A stretch of DNA of 64,000 nucleotides from an uncultured Gammaproteobacteria bacterium (GTDB taxonomy: Bacteria > Patescibacteriota > Patescibacteriia > Patescibacteriales > UBA12465): positions 5,357-69,356 of the forward strand of contig CAZYNT010000003.1 in the NCBI GenBank assembly GCA_964648205.1, written 5' to 3'. The notes beneath the pieces were generated by a model. The model saw only the letters and a list, made by a program, of their open reading frames with translations. It made no database searches and was not told the origin of the DNA. Below, piece after piece: positions 28,434-36,800 of the stretch (its first letter is position 1; each line of letters begins with the position of its first letter). Both the position numbers and the translations under genes were made by a program.

Positions 28434-28469
28434 ATCTTTTTGCGCGTATCTTGCGCGTATCTTGCGCGA
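28434..28469 (+). repeat. Three tandem ~11-bp direct repeats (ATCTTGCGCGT) in the fic promoter
   Basis: TTGCGCG occurs at 28440-28446, 28451-28457 and 28462-28468, a period of 11 bp. Confidence 0.8.
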
Positions 28470-28490
28470 TTGTTGAAATAGGCGTATAAT
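28462..28490 (+). promoter_or_regulatory. Sigma70-like promoter of fic, predicted leaderless
   Basis: TTGCGC at 28462-28467, a 17-bp spacer, then TATAAT at 28485-28490. The ATG at 28497 is 7 nt after the -10 element and no SD-like sequence precedes it. Confidence 0.45.
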
Positions 28491-28496
28491 ATAAAT

Positions 28497-29552
28497 ATGT
28501 TTAATCCACAATACATACTTAATAACAAAATACTCAAGAATCTTACGGATATTGCCGAAGCTAAGGCTGTAATTGAAAGAGCCAGGCTTCTTCCGGCGCA
28601 AGAACTGCACTTAAAACGTCAGGCGATAGTTAGAATGTCTCACAGCTCCACGGCGATTGAAGGCAATATTTTGAATATTCGCCAAGTTGAAGCACTTGAG
28701 GCCGGAAAAAAAATAGAAGCCCCAGCCCGCGATATTTATGAGGTAAAAAATTATCTAGCGGTTTTAAAATACATCAATAAAGTGGTAGAGGAGAAAAAAG
28801 AAATTGACGAAAAAGTACTTTTAAAAATTCATGCTATCGTAACTAATAAGACTTTGCCAGATATTAAATCGGGGCGCTACCGCCAAGAACCGGTCTATAT
28901 CGCGCAAAGACAGTTAGGTCTTCCTGACAGGATTATTTATACCGCGCCAAAAGCCGGACTTGTTCCGACGCTTTGCGCGGATCTTATGCAATGGATTAAA
29001 AAAAGTGAAGCTGGGGAGATTAACCCGGTTATTATAGCTGGCGAAGCTCATCTGGAACTAGCCGCTATTCATCCCTTTGTCGATGGTAACGGCCGAACCG
29101 CTCGAGCGCTAGCTACCCTAATCCTTTATAAGTGCGGCTATGATTTTCGACACCTCTTCGCGCTTGAAGATTATTATAACAAAGATTTGCTGAGTTATTA
29201 TCGATCAATAGATACCGGTGAAAATTACGAAAAGAGAAAAACGGATAGCACAATCTGGCTTGAATATTTCGTTGCCGGATTTCGCGAAGAGATTATGAAT
29301 GTGAAAGTTCAAGTGACATCATTGGCTGTTAGGAAAATAGGTAAATCCGTTGAGAAGCAGATATATTTGACGCCTAGGCAACAGCAGATTTTGGATTTTA
29401 TTGATCAGTTGAGGAAAGTGACGACTAAGGATGTCATGGATATTCTCCGGTGCCCCAAGAGAACAGCCCAGCTGGAGCTCCAAAAACTTAAGAAAATAGG
29501 GATTATTAAATCAGCCGCGAAAGGCAAAGCAACTTATTATAAGCTGAAATAA
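28497..29552 (+). CDS. fic: Fic-family AMPylase (class II, intramolecular inhibitory helix) with C-terminal winged-helix domain
   Basis: The Fic motif HPFVDGNGRTAR is canonical. The inhibitory motif STAIEG ([ST]xxxE[GN]) lies N-terminal to it. The C-terminal segment LTPRQQQILDFIDQLRKVTTKDVMDILRCPKRTAQLELQKLKKIGII looks like a wHTH. Confidence 0.85.
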   Translation: MFNPQYILNNKILKNLTDIAEAKAVIERARLLPAQELHLKRQAIVRMSHSSTAIEGNILNIRQVEALEAGKKIEAPARDIYEVKNYLAVLKYINKVVEEKKEIDEKVLLKIHAIVTNKTLPDIKSGRYRQEPVYIAQRQLGLPDRIIYTAPKAGLVPTLCADLMQWIKKSEAGEINPVIIAGEAHLELAAIHPFVDGNGRTARALATLILYKCGYDFRHLFALEDYYNKDLLSYYRSIDTGENYEKRKTDSTIWLEYFVAGFREEIMNVKVQVTSLAVRKIGKSVEKQIYLTPRQQQILDFIDQLRKVTTKDVMDILRCPKRTAQLELQKLKKIGIIKSAAKGKATYYKLK

Positions 29553-29591
29553 TTTTTAATTACGATTATTGTTAGCAAATAAAAAGGATTT

Positions 29592-30752
29592 ATGGACAAA
29601 AAATACCCTCAAAAAATTACTAATAACGAACAGATAGAATTTGCTGTTAACGAATTCGGTCTTTACGCGATTAGCATTACAGCCAGCTGTGAAAAGAACA
29701 ATGATTTGAGAATCGAGATTGATGAGAAACAGTTCAGAGAAATCCCGGCCTCTGAAAATATTCAAACATATAATATCCCTCCAGCCTGGAATGGCGCCAC
29801 ACTCAAGGGCCTGAAGAAGACCGTAGTTTTTCTGTTGAAGTTAAACAAAGGAAAGCACACACTTAAATTTTTCCCCAAATCCGAAGCTTCATTGGAAGAT
29901 TTTAATTACAAAATTATTTCTAATTACCGAAAAATAGATTTCAATTTTGAAGAGCGGGCTCAAGATGGCGACGGGCGACCCTGGATTACCTTTTCGTTGG
30001 TAGACTTATCTTTAATTTCGATTATAGCTGAATCAAGTGTTTCTTGGCATTGGTTTGACGGTGATGATGTTAAGCTTATAATTGACAACCGCACGGAAGA
30101 AAACTCCTTGTCCAAGCGGTGGAAGTACTGGGTCTGGCACGCTATTCCTATACAGATTTTTTCCGGCTCCAAAAGAAAACAGAGAACCTTTTTAAAGAAT
30201 TTGCCTTTAGGTACTCATTATATCGAATTTTGGGCGGATAAAACTCCAACTTTGCATCAAGTTAGCCTTGATCTCGGTGATTTTGAATTAAAACGAACGC
30301 CCACTAGAGATGATCCTAAATGGACGGGAGATTTTATAGATGACACGGACACAATACTGCTGGCGAGATTGATTTTGGGTGAAATGGAAGGTCGGCCAAG
30401 AGCAGCTAAATTGGGCGCCGGTTTTACGGTTATTAATCGATTGGAGAAATCTAAAGCTAATTGGGGGCGGTCGATTCAGGAAATAATTCTTAAAGAGAAC
30501 CAGTATGACGCTTTTCACAATGAAAAGACCAGAAACAAAGTTAGAGATCCTCTCGGCTATGTTGATAAATCAGAATGGGAAGAATCTTATGCCGTCGCCG
30601 TGGCAGTATTAGAGGGAACAGAAAAGGATCCGACAGCGGGGGCAACCCATTTTTATTCTACCAATACCGACACGAGGTTTCCTCGGTGGGCTAACAAGGA
30701 GACTTTTAGAGTCAAAATAAACGTTACCTACTTCTATGAACTTGAGAGTTAA
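29592..30752 (+). CDS. Signal-less protein: duplicated N-terminal beta-sandwich-like module + C-terminal SleB/CwlJ-type cell-wall hydrolase domain
   Basis: The C-terminus (LLARLILGEMEGRPRAAKLGAGFTVINRL...ENQYDAFHN...GATHFYS) resembles the Hydrolase_2 (SleB) pattern A..vyaEarGE...V..NR...QF......A..F. There is no N-terminal signal peptide. Two N-terminal segments look related (...KGKHTLKFFP... and ...LGTHYIEFWA...). Confidence 0.6.
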   Translation: MDKKYPQKITNNEQIEFAVNEFGLYAISITASCEKNNDLRIEIDEKQFREIPASENIQTYNIPPAWNGATLKGLKKTVVFLLKLNKGKHTLKFFPKSEASLEDFNYKIISNYRKIDFNFEERAQDGDGRPWITFSLVDLSLISIIAESSVSWHWFDGDDVKLIIDNRTEENSLSKRWKYWVWHAIPIQIFSGSKRKQRTFLKNLPLGTHYIEFWADKTPTLHQVSLDLGDFELKRTPTRDDPKWTGDFIDDTDTILLARLILGEMEGRPRAAKLGAGFTVINRLEKSKANWGRSIQEIILKENQYDAFHNEKTRNKVRDPLGYVDKSEWEESYAVAVAVLEGTEKDPTAGATHFYSTNTDTRFPRWANKETFRVKINVTYFYELES

Positions 30753-31440
30753 ATTTCCACCATTTTTAAAGAGCCTCTTATTGCCAACTTTTTTGACAAG
30801 TTGCTTTTGGCTATTGATTCTTATTATCTTATTTTCTTATCTAGATAAGGGAAAAGAGACAAATGAAAACTCTTATTTTAATAACGGCCCCACGCAAAAT
30901 AATTATGAGGCTCTGGATAGAAAGAATACTTACGAAGAGTTATCTCCAAACGGAAATAGAAAAGTGATTAGATATAAACTGAATTATCATTCGGAATTAT
31001 TCTCAGAAAATTATACGACCTATCTAAACAACAATGTTATTCTGGCGGTGGTGGAAAAAAATGGCGATACCGAGCGAGAGAATTTTTTATTCGTTGGAGA
31101 AGAGAGAACCGGCGACCCTCATTGGCTGGGGAATAAATATCTATTTTTTAAGGCTTATTGCGGCACATCATGCCAGGGGTTGGTTTTGTTGGATACTGAA
31201 AATAATCAAGTCTGGAAAGGGGCGCTTGGTTATTTTTCCGGGAAAGACGAGAAACCAAGAACCAGTTTTAGCGGTTGGTTCGATCAGGACTTTAGATTTG
31301 AGGATTCAGTTAGTCAGATTCATGCCGCTATTATTGACAATAAGCCGTATTTAATTTTTGATATGGAAAACGGGCAAGGAGTAGAGAGCGGGCAAAAAAG
31401 ATTTCTTTTCACGGGCAATAAGCTTATTCTAGAATCTTAA
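30736..31440 (+). CDS. Hypothetical N-terminally membrane-anchored protein
   Basis: Contains a TM helix (LLLPTFLTSCFWLLILIILFSYL) and no motif I recognise. It overlaps the upstream hydrolase gene by 17 nt. Confidence 0.4.
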   Translation: MNLRVKFPPFLKSLLLPTFLTSCFWLLILIILFSYLDKGKETNENSYFNNGPTQNNYEALDRKNTYEELSPNGNRKVIRYKLNYHSELFSENYTTYLNNNVILAVVEKNGDTERENFLFVGEERTGDPHWLGNKYLFFKAYCGTSCQGLVLLDTENNQVWKGALGYFSGKDEKPRTSFSGWFDQDFRFEDSVSQIHAAIIDNKPYLIFDMENGQGVESGQKRFLFTGNKLILES

Positions 31441-31459
31441 AAAATGGGAAATAAAAAAA

Positions 31460-31540
31460 CCACTAGACATCGGCCATTATTATCAGTCGTTATAATTACG
31501 ACTTTGGACCGTTAAAGTTACGGCCGGCGCATGTCTGTGG
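31460..31540 (+). repeat. 81-nt nested inverted-repeat element (possible structured RNA)
   Basis: The outer stem pairs CCAC(T)AGACAT at 31460-31470 with ATGTCTGTGG at 31531-31540. A middle stem pairs CGGCC at 31471-31475 with GGCCG at 31522-31526. The inner hairpin pairs AGTCGT at 31485-31490 with ACGACT at 31498-31503 around a TATAATT loop. Confidence 0.35.
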
Positions 31541-31595
31541 TAATCAAACTTTATTATATTGTTATAGTAATGTCAATAAATAAAACAGCGAAAGC

Positions 31596-32435
31596 ATGAT
31601 AGAGAGAAAAAACAAAAAACAAATCACTCTTTTTTCCGGGCAAGAAATTCGGCGTTTTTGGGATGATAAAGAAGAAAAATGGTATTTTTCGGTGGTGGAT
31701 ATTATAATGGCTTTAACTGATAGTGAGGATCCTAATGACTATTGGTATAAAATGAAAATTCGTGTAAAAAGTGAAGATGGTTTTCAGTTGTCGACAATTT
31801 GTCGACAACTGAAATTTTTAGCTAAAGATGGCAAGAATTATTTATCCGATGCCGCCGATACCGAAAGCATTTTTCGTATTATCCAATCAATTCCTTCGCC
31901 GAAAGCTGAACCCTTTAAGCTCTGGCTGGCTCGGGTCGGATACGAACGGGTTGAAGAAACCGAAGACCCAGAAAAAGCGATTCGAAGAGCTCTCGCAACT
32001 TATTTGAAAAAAGGTTATTCTAAAGATTGGGTTGATTTGCGTTTAAAGAGTATTGAAATTAGAAAAGATTTGACAAACGAGTGGGAAGAGCGTGGCGTTA
32101 AGGAAAAGAATCAGTTTGCTATTTTAACCGACGATATAACTTTTGCCTGGGCAGGATTAAAGACGAAGGATTATAAAAAAATAAAAGATTTAAAAAAAGA
32201 AAGTTTGCGGGATAATATGACCAACTTAGAGTTGGTTCTAAATATGCTCGCTGAGGCATCGACCACTGAGATTTCTAAAAAAGAATTACCAAATACGTTC
32301 GATAAAAATAGACAAGTAGCTAAAAGGGGCGGCGGCGTGGCCGGAGTAGCCAGACAAGAGCTAGAAAAGCAAACTGGACACGCGGTTGTTTCTCGGCGGA
32401 ATTTTTTATCAAATAAAAAACATTTATCGAGATAA
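31596..32435 (+). CDS. Bro-N domain / DinD-like (DNA-damage-inducible protein D-like) protein
   Basis: The N-terminus (LFSGQEIRRFWDDKEEKWYFSVVDIIMALTDS...) has a Bro-N-type pattern. The overall length and the helical C-terminal half resemble E. coli DinD as I recall it. Confidence 0.6.
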   Translation: MIERKNKKQITLFSGQEIRRFWDDKEEKWYFSVVDIIMALTDSEDPNDYWYKMKIRVKSEDGFQLSTICRQLKFLAKDGKNYLSDAADTESIFRIIQSIPSPKAEPFKLWLARVGYERVEETEDPEKAIRRALATYLKKGYSKDWVDLRLKSIEIRKDLTNEWEERGVKEKNQFAILTDDITFAWAGLKTKDYKKIKDLKKESLRDNMTNLELVLNMLAEASTTEISKKELPNTFDKNRQVAKRGGGVAGVARQELEKQTGHAVVSRRNFLSNKKHLSR

Positions 32436-32436
32436 T

Positions 32437-32694
32437 ATGGAATTAATTGAAGAAAGGCTAGGAAAAATTGAGGAAAGGAATAAGCGAGTGGAGAATGATA
32501 AAGCTTGGGAAACCAGCTGGGCCCGGCGGCTGCTCATCGCTTTGTTTACCTACTTTGCTATTAGCATTTATTTAGCCGCAATTAATGTTTCACGCCCCTG
32601 GGTAAATGGAATTGTCCCGACTTTAGGATTTATGATTTCAACTCTCACTATGCCATTTTTTAAGAAATTATGGATTAATGCCCGAAGAAAATAA
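32437..32694 (+). CDS. Small two-TM membrane protein with N-terminal coiled-coil segment
   Basis: I place the start at ATG 32437 (MELIEERLGKIEERNKRVEND...), 1 nt after the upstream stop. There are two hydrophobic helices (LLIALFTYFAISIYLAAI and IVPTLGFMISTLTMPFF). Confidence 0.45.
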   Translation: MELIEERLGKIEERNKRVENDKAWETSWARRLLIALFTYFAISIYLAAINVSRPWVNGIVPTLGFMISTLTMPFFKKLWINARRK

Positions 32695-32706
32695 TATAAT
32701 TGTTTT

Positions 32707-33048
32707 ATGCCCGATAAAATTTTAAAAATTAACTCCAAGGACAGATACATTATCGACGCGATTATAAGCGGCGAGAAAAAAATCGAGACCCGGGCGGCAA
32801 CGCCGAAATACCGAGAAATAAAGATGGGGGAAAAAATAATTTTAGTTTGTGGTTCGAAGAAAATAAAAAAAGAAGTAATTAAAGTTGAACTTTTCAAGAC
32901 TATCGGCGCTTTGCTTAAAAAATATAAGCCGGAAGAAATAAATCCGAAAACCCATTCCGCTCAAGAAGCGCGGGCTATGTGGTATAGCTTTCCCGGTTAT
33001 AAGGAAAAAATAAAGGAATTTGGTTTAGTGGCCTGGCATTTAAAATAA
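32707..33048 (+). CDS. ASCH domain protein
   Basis: 113 aa. IIDAIISGEKKIETRA and the C-terminal FPGYKEKIKEFGLVAWHL resemble the ASCH/YqfB-type beta-barrel pattern. Confidence 0.55.
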   Translation: MPDKILKINSKDRYIIDAIISGEKKIETRAATPKYREIKMGEKIILVCGSKKIKKEVIKVELFKTIGALLKKYKPEEINPKTHSAQEARAMWYSFPGYKEKIKEFGLVAWHLK

Positions 33049-33063
33049 ATTATTATAAAATAT

Positions 33064-33456
33064 ATGAAATCAATCGTCCTCTGCGGGAGTAACCGCTTTG
33101 CGCCGGAAATGAGAGAATTTGCTCAGAAGCTGAAAGCTTTGGGCGTGGTGGTCTTTGAGCCGCATTTATATCGGGCTTCGGGCGGGGTTTGGGCGGATAT
33201 TAAGGATTTTGACAAAAAATTCGTCGCTCTCGGTTTAACGCACGACCACTTTTATAAAATGAGAATGGCCGATGCGGTTTATGTTTATAATAAAGATGGC
33301 TATTCCGGCGTCAGCGTAAGTATGGAAATCGGCTACGCGGCCGCTTTAAATAAACCGATTTATGCTTTTTCGGAAAATGATGAGGAAATTTGCCGCTGCG
33401 TTTTATTTAGCGCCATTGTTAAAACACCGGAAGATTTGATCAATTATTTAAAATAA
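33064..33456 (+). CDS. Nucleoside 2-deoxyribosyltransferase / DNPH1 (Rcl)-like superfamily protein
   Basis: 130 aa. N-terminal IVLCGSNRF (compare the YFCGS/YFAGP start of this fold) and SMEIGYAAALNKPIYAF (compare E.G.A.a.gKP). The assignment is by eye only. Confidence 0.4.
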   Translation: MKSIVLCGSNRFAPEMREFAQKLKALGVVVFEPHLYRASGGVWADIKDFDKKFVALGLTHDHFYKMRMADAVYVYNKDGYSGVSVSMEIGYAAALNKPIYAFSENDEEICRCVLFSAIVKTPEDLINYLK

Positions 33457-33464
33457 ATAATAAT

Positions 33465-33824
33465 ATGGCCAAGAATAAATTTCCCGACAATCAATTAAAT
33501 CTTCTGAATGATTTCGACGCGGCTGAAAATACTGAACATAAAACAGGACAGCTCCAAGAGGAGGAGTCGGTGGTTGATAGAGCTATTAGAGGGATATATG
33601 AAAAAATAGAAGCCGCCAGAGAAAGGCGGAAAAGAGAGGATGAGAAAAAATGGGCAGAAATGAATTTAGAAAAAATTAGATCAGAAATTGGAGCGGAACA
33701 GCCGGCTGCTGCGGCCGAAGAAGATGCGAAAACGCCAAGCGATGATTACGTAGAACCGTTTACTCCAGCTGAAGAATATTACGGCCGCTGGAATCAATTT
33801 CGCAAGCACAAAAATAAAAAATAA
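33465..33824 (+). CDS. Hypothetical highly charged, low-complexity protein
   Basis: 119 aa, rich in E, K, R and A (ARERRKREDEKKWAEMNLEKIR). I recognise no motif. The gene is tightly packed between the NDT-like gene and ileS. Confidence 0.35.
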   Translation: MAKNKFPDNQLNLLNDFDAAENTEHKTGQLQEEESVVDRAIRGIYEKIEAARERRKREDEKKWAEMNLEKIRSEIGAEQPAAAAEEDAKTPSDDYVEPFTPAEEYYGRWNQFRKHKNKK

Positions 33825-33835
33825 ATAACTAAAAT

Positions 33836-36800
33836 ATGCCAGACAATCAAGCTAATAATAAAAAAGAAGCGCCGGTGAATGCTTTCGTCGCGATGGAGGA
33901 AGCGGTTTTAAATTTTTGGGATGAAGCCAAGATTTTTGAGAAATCCCTTAAGGGTGATGCGCCCCGCGGCCATTTTATTTTTTTCGAAGGGCCGCCGACC
34001 GCTAACGGTATGCCCGGTATCCATCATGTTTTAGCCCGCGCCTTTAAAGACGTAATGCCCCGGTACAAAACCATGAATGGTTTTCGGGTCGAACGCAAAG
34101 CCGGCTGGGATACGCACGGCTTACCCGTCGAATTACAGGTGGAAAAACAATTAGGAATTTCTGGCAAACCTGATATTGAAAAATATGGCATTAAAGAATT
34201 TAATCAAAAATGCCAGGAAAGCGTCTGGGTTTACTTAGATGAATGGCAGAAGCTGACGCGCCGCATCGCTTTTTGGGTCGATATGGAACACCCTTATATA
34301 ACTTATGATAATTCTTATATCGAATCTCTGTGGTGGATATTAAAAGAGATTGATAAGAAAGGCTTGGTGTATAAAGGACATAAAGTAGTTCCGCATTGTC
34401 CGCGTTGCGGTACCGCCCTTTCCAGCCATGAAGTAGCTCAAGGTTATAAATTAACCAAGGATAATTCAGTTTATCTGAAATTTAAAGTGACAACGGGGAA
34501 TGCGCTTGTAAATCCGGGTGATTTTATTCTCGCTTGGACGACGACTCCTTGGACTTTGCCGGGGAACGTCGCTTTAGCGGTCGGCCGTGATATTGATTAT
34601 GTAAAGGTTACAACATTAAACGTTGATAAAAGAGCTAAAGATGGCTCTATAGAATATGAAAATTTAATACTTGCTAAAGATGTTTTTGAGAGACTGGACA
34701 AACTAGACGATAAAAATCCTCTTAAATTAGCCTTTAACTTAGTTTATATTCATGACAAGAAAGAAGGAGAGGCCACTATTAAGGGTTCAATAGTAAAAAA
34801 AGAATTTAAAGGCTCGGAATTGATCGGTTTAGAATATGAACCCTTGTTCGATATTGCCTCGATAAAAGCCGAGGCCGCCACGAAGAATAAAAAGGCCTAT
34901 CGCGTCGTGCCGGCTGATTTTGTTACGACCTCCGACGGTACCGGCGTCGTCCATACCGCGGTCATGTACGGGGAAGACGATTATAACTTAGGGGAAGTGG
35001 TCGGATTGCCGAAAGTCCACACCGTCGATGAGGCCGGTCATTTTACCGGCGATTTATCAGCCTATGGCTTAAACGGCAAGTTCGTAAAGAGCGCCGCGAC
35101 TGAAACTATTATTTTAGATTACTTAAAAGCGCAAGGGATCTTGTTCAAAGAAGAAGTTTACGAACATGATTATCCTTTTTGCTGGCGCTGCGATACCCCC
35201 TTATTATATTATGCGAAGAACTCCTGGTTCATTGAGGTAACAAAAGTTAAGGAAGAATTAATTGCAAATAATCAGAATATAAATTGGGTGCCGGATCATA
35301 TTAAAGCCGGGCGTTTCGGCGAATGGCTTAATAATGTTAAAGACTGGGCGATTTCGCGCGAGCGCTATTGGGGTACGCCGCTTCCGATTTGGGAATGCGA
35401 AAAATGTAATAAGCATCGCGTTATCGGCAGCCTCGAGGAACTGTCTGAATTGAGCGGCCGAAAAACGACTTTAAAATCAGACATTCATCGTCCGGAAATT
35501 GATGCTTATGAAATAACTTGCGCTCTTTGCGGCGAAAAAATGAAGCGCGTCAAAGAAGTTTTTGATTGTTGGTTTGATTCCGGCGCCATGCCTTATGCGC
35601 AAAACCACTATCCTTTTGAAAAAGCGGAATTGATAGATAAGAAGGAGCAGTTTCCCGCCGACTTCATCTGCGAGGCAATTGACCAGACGCGCGGCTGGTT
35701 CTATACCTTGCTTGCGGTTTCAACCTTACTCGGTAAAGGTAATCCGTATAAAAATGTAATCTGCTTGGGTCTTATCAATGATAAATTCGGCAAGAAGATG
35801 TCGAAATCAAAAGGAAATATCATCAGCCCTTGGGAAGTAATTTCTCTTTACGGAGTCGATGCCGTGCGCCAGCATATGTATACTCTTAACCAGCCGGGCG
35901 AAGGGAAGCGCTATGATTTAGATGATGTGAAAGATGTTTTCCGCAAGAATATCATGCTTTTATGGAATGTATATAAATTTTACGAGATGTATGCTGTTCC
36001 GGAGAGCGCCAAGATTGAGAAGCCGGAATCAAAAAATGTTCTAGATGTTTGGATTCTGGCGAAACTGAATGAAATAATCAAAACAATCAGCGCGGAATTA
36101 GACGTTTTTCATGTCTACGAAGCCGCCCGCCAAATTCCGGAATTTATCGACGAGCTTTCGACTTGGTATCTGCGCCGCTCGCGTGATCGCTTTAAATCAG
36201 ACGATGAAGCCGACAAGAAGAATGCGCTTGGAACGACCCGCTATGTTTTAAGCGAACTGGCGAAATTAATGGCGCCCTTCATGCCGTTTATAGCGGAAAG
36301 TTTATGGCAGAGGGTAAGCGGCAACGATTTTAAGGATAATAATAAATCCGTCCATCTGGAGAAATGGCCGACGGCCGATGAGACGGACAATAGCCATCTG
36401 CTCACTGATATGAATATAACCCGCCGCATCGTTGAGCTCGGCCTGGCGAAGCGCGACGAGGCGGGAATCAAAATCCGCCAGATGCTTGGGAAAATTACGA
36501 TTAAGATTAAAAATGAAATTACCCTTGAATATATTGATTTGATTAAAGATGAATTGAATTTGGCGGCGGTTGAATTTGCGGAAACGGATGATGATAAGAT
36601 TGAAGTGGAATTAGATTTGGTGATTACGCCGGAATTGAAAGAAGAAGGATTGAAGAGGGAACTGATTAGATTTATTAACATGCTGCGCAAAGAAGCGAAT
36701 CTGAGTTTGCGCGATGAGACGAGCGTCTATCTGGCCGGCGCCGGCGCGGAATTAAAATTGGCTTTGGCTAAAAAGAAGGCTGATATCATGAAAGATACTT

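Noticed and set aside
28434-28469. The tandem repeats considered as a possible CRISPR or mini-array.
   Set aside because: The units are 11 bp and directly abutting, with no spacers, and there are only three copies. This is an operator-like tandem repeat inside a promoter, not a CRISPR array.
31034-31354. A 106-aa same-strand ORF in another frame within 30736-31440.
   Set aside because: It is fully nested in the longer ORF and has Trp/Arg-rich, out-of-frame-looking composition. There is no independent start context. I kept the longer ORF, although that one is itself only a hypothetical protein.
29592-33824. An intact or remnant prophage, suggested by the Bro-N protein plus a lysin-like hydrolase.
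   Set aside because: There is no integrase, terminase, capsid, portal, tail or repressor gene, and no att-like direct repeat that I could find. At most there are isolated phage-derived domains. I report it as an accessory island instead.
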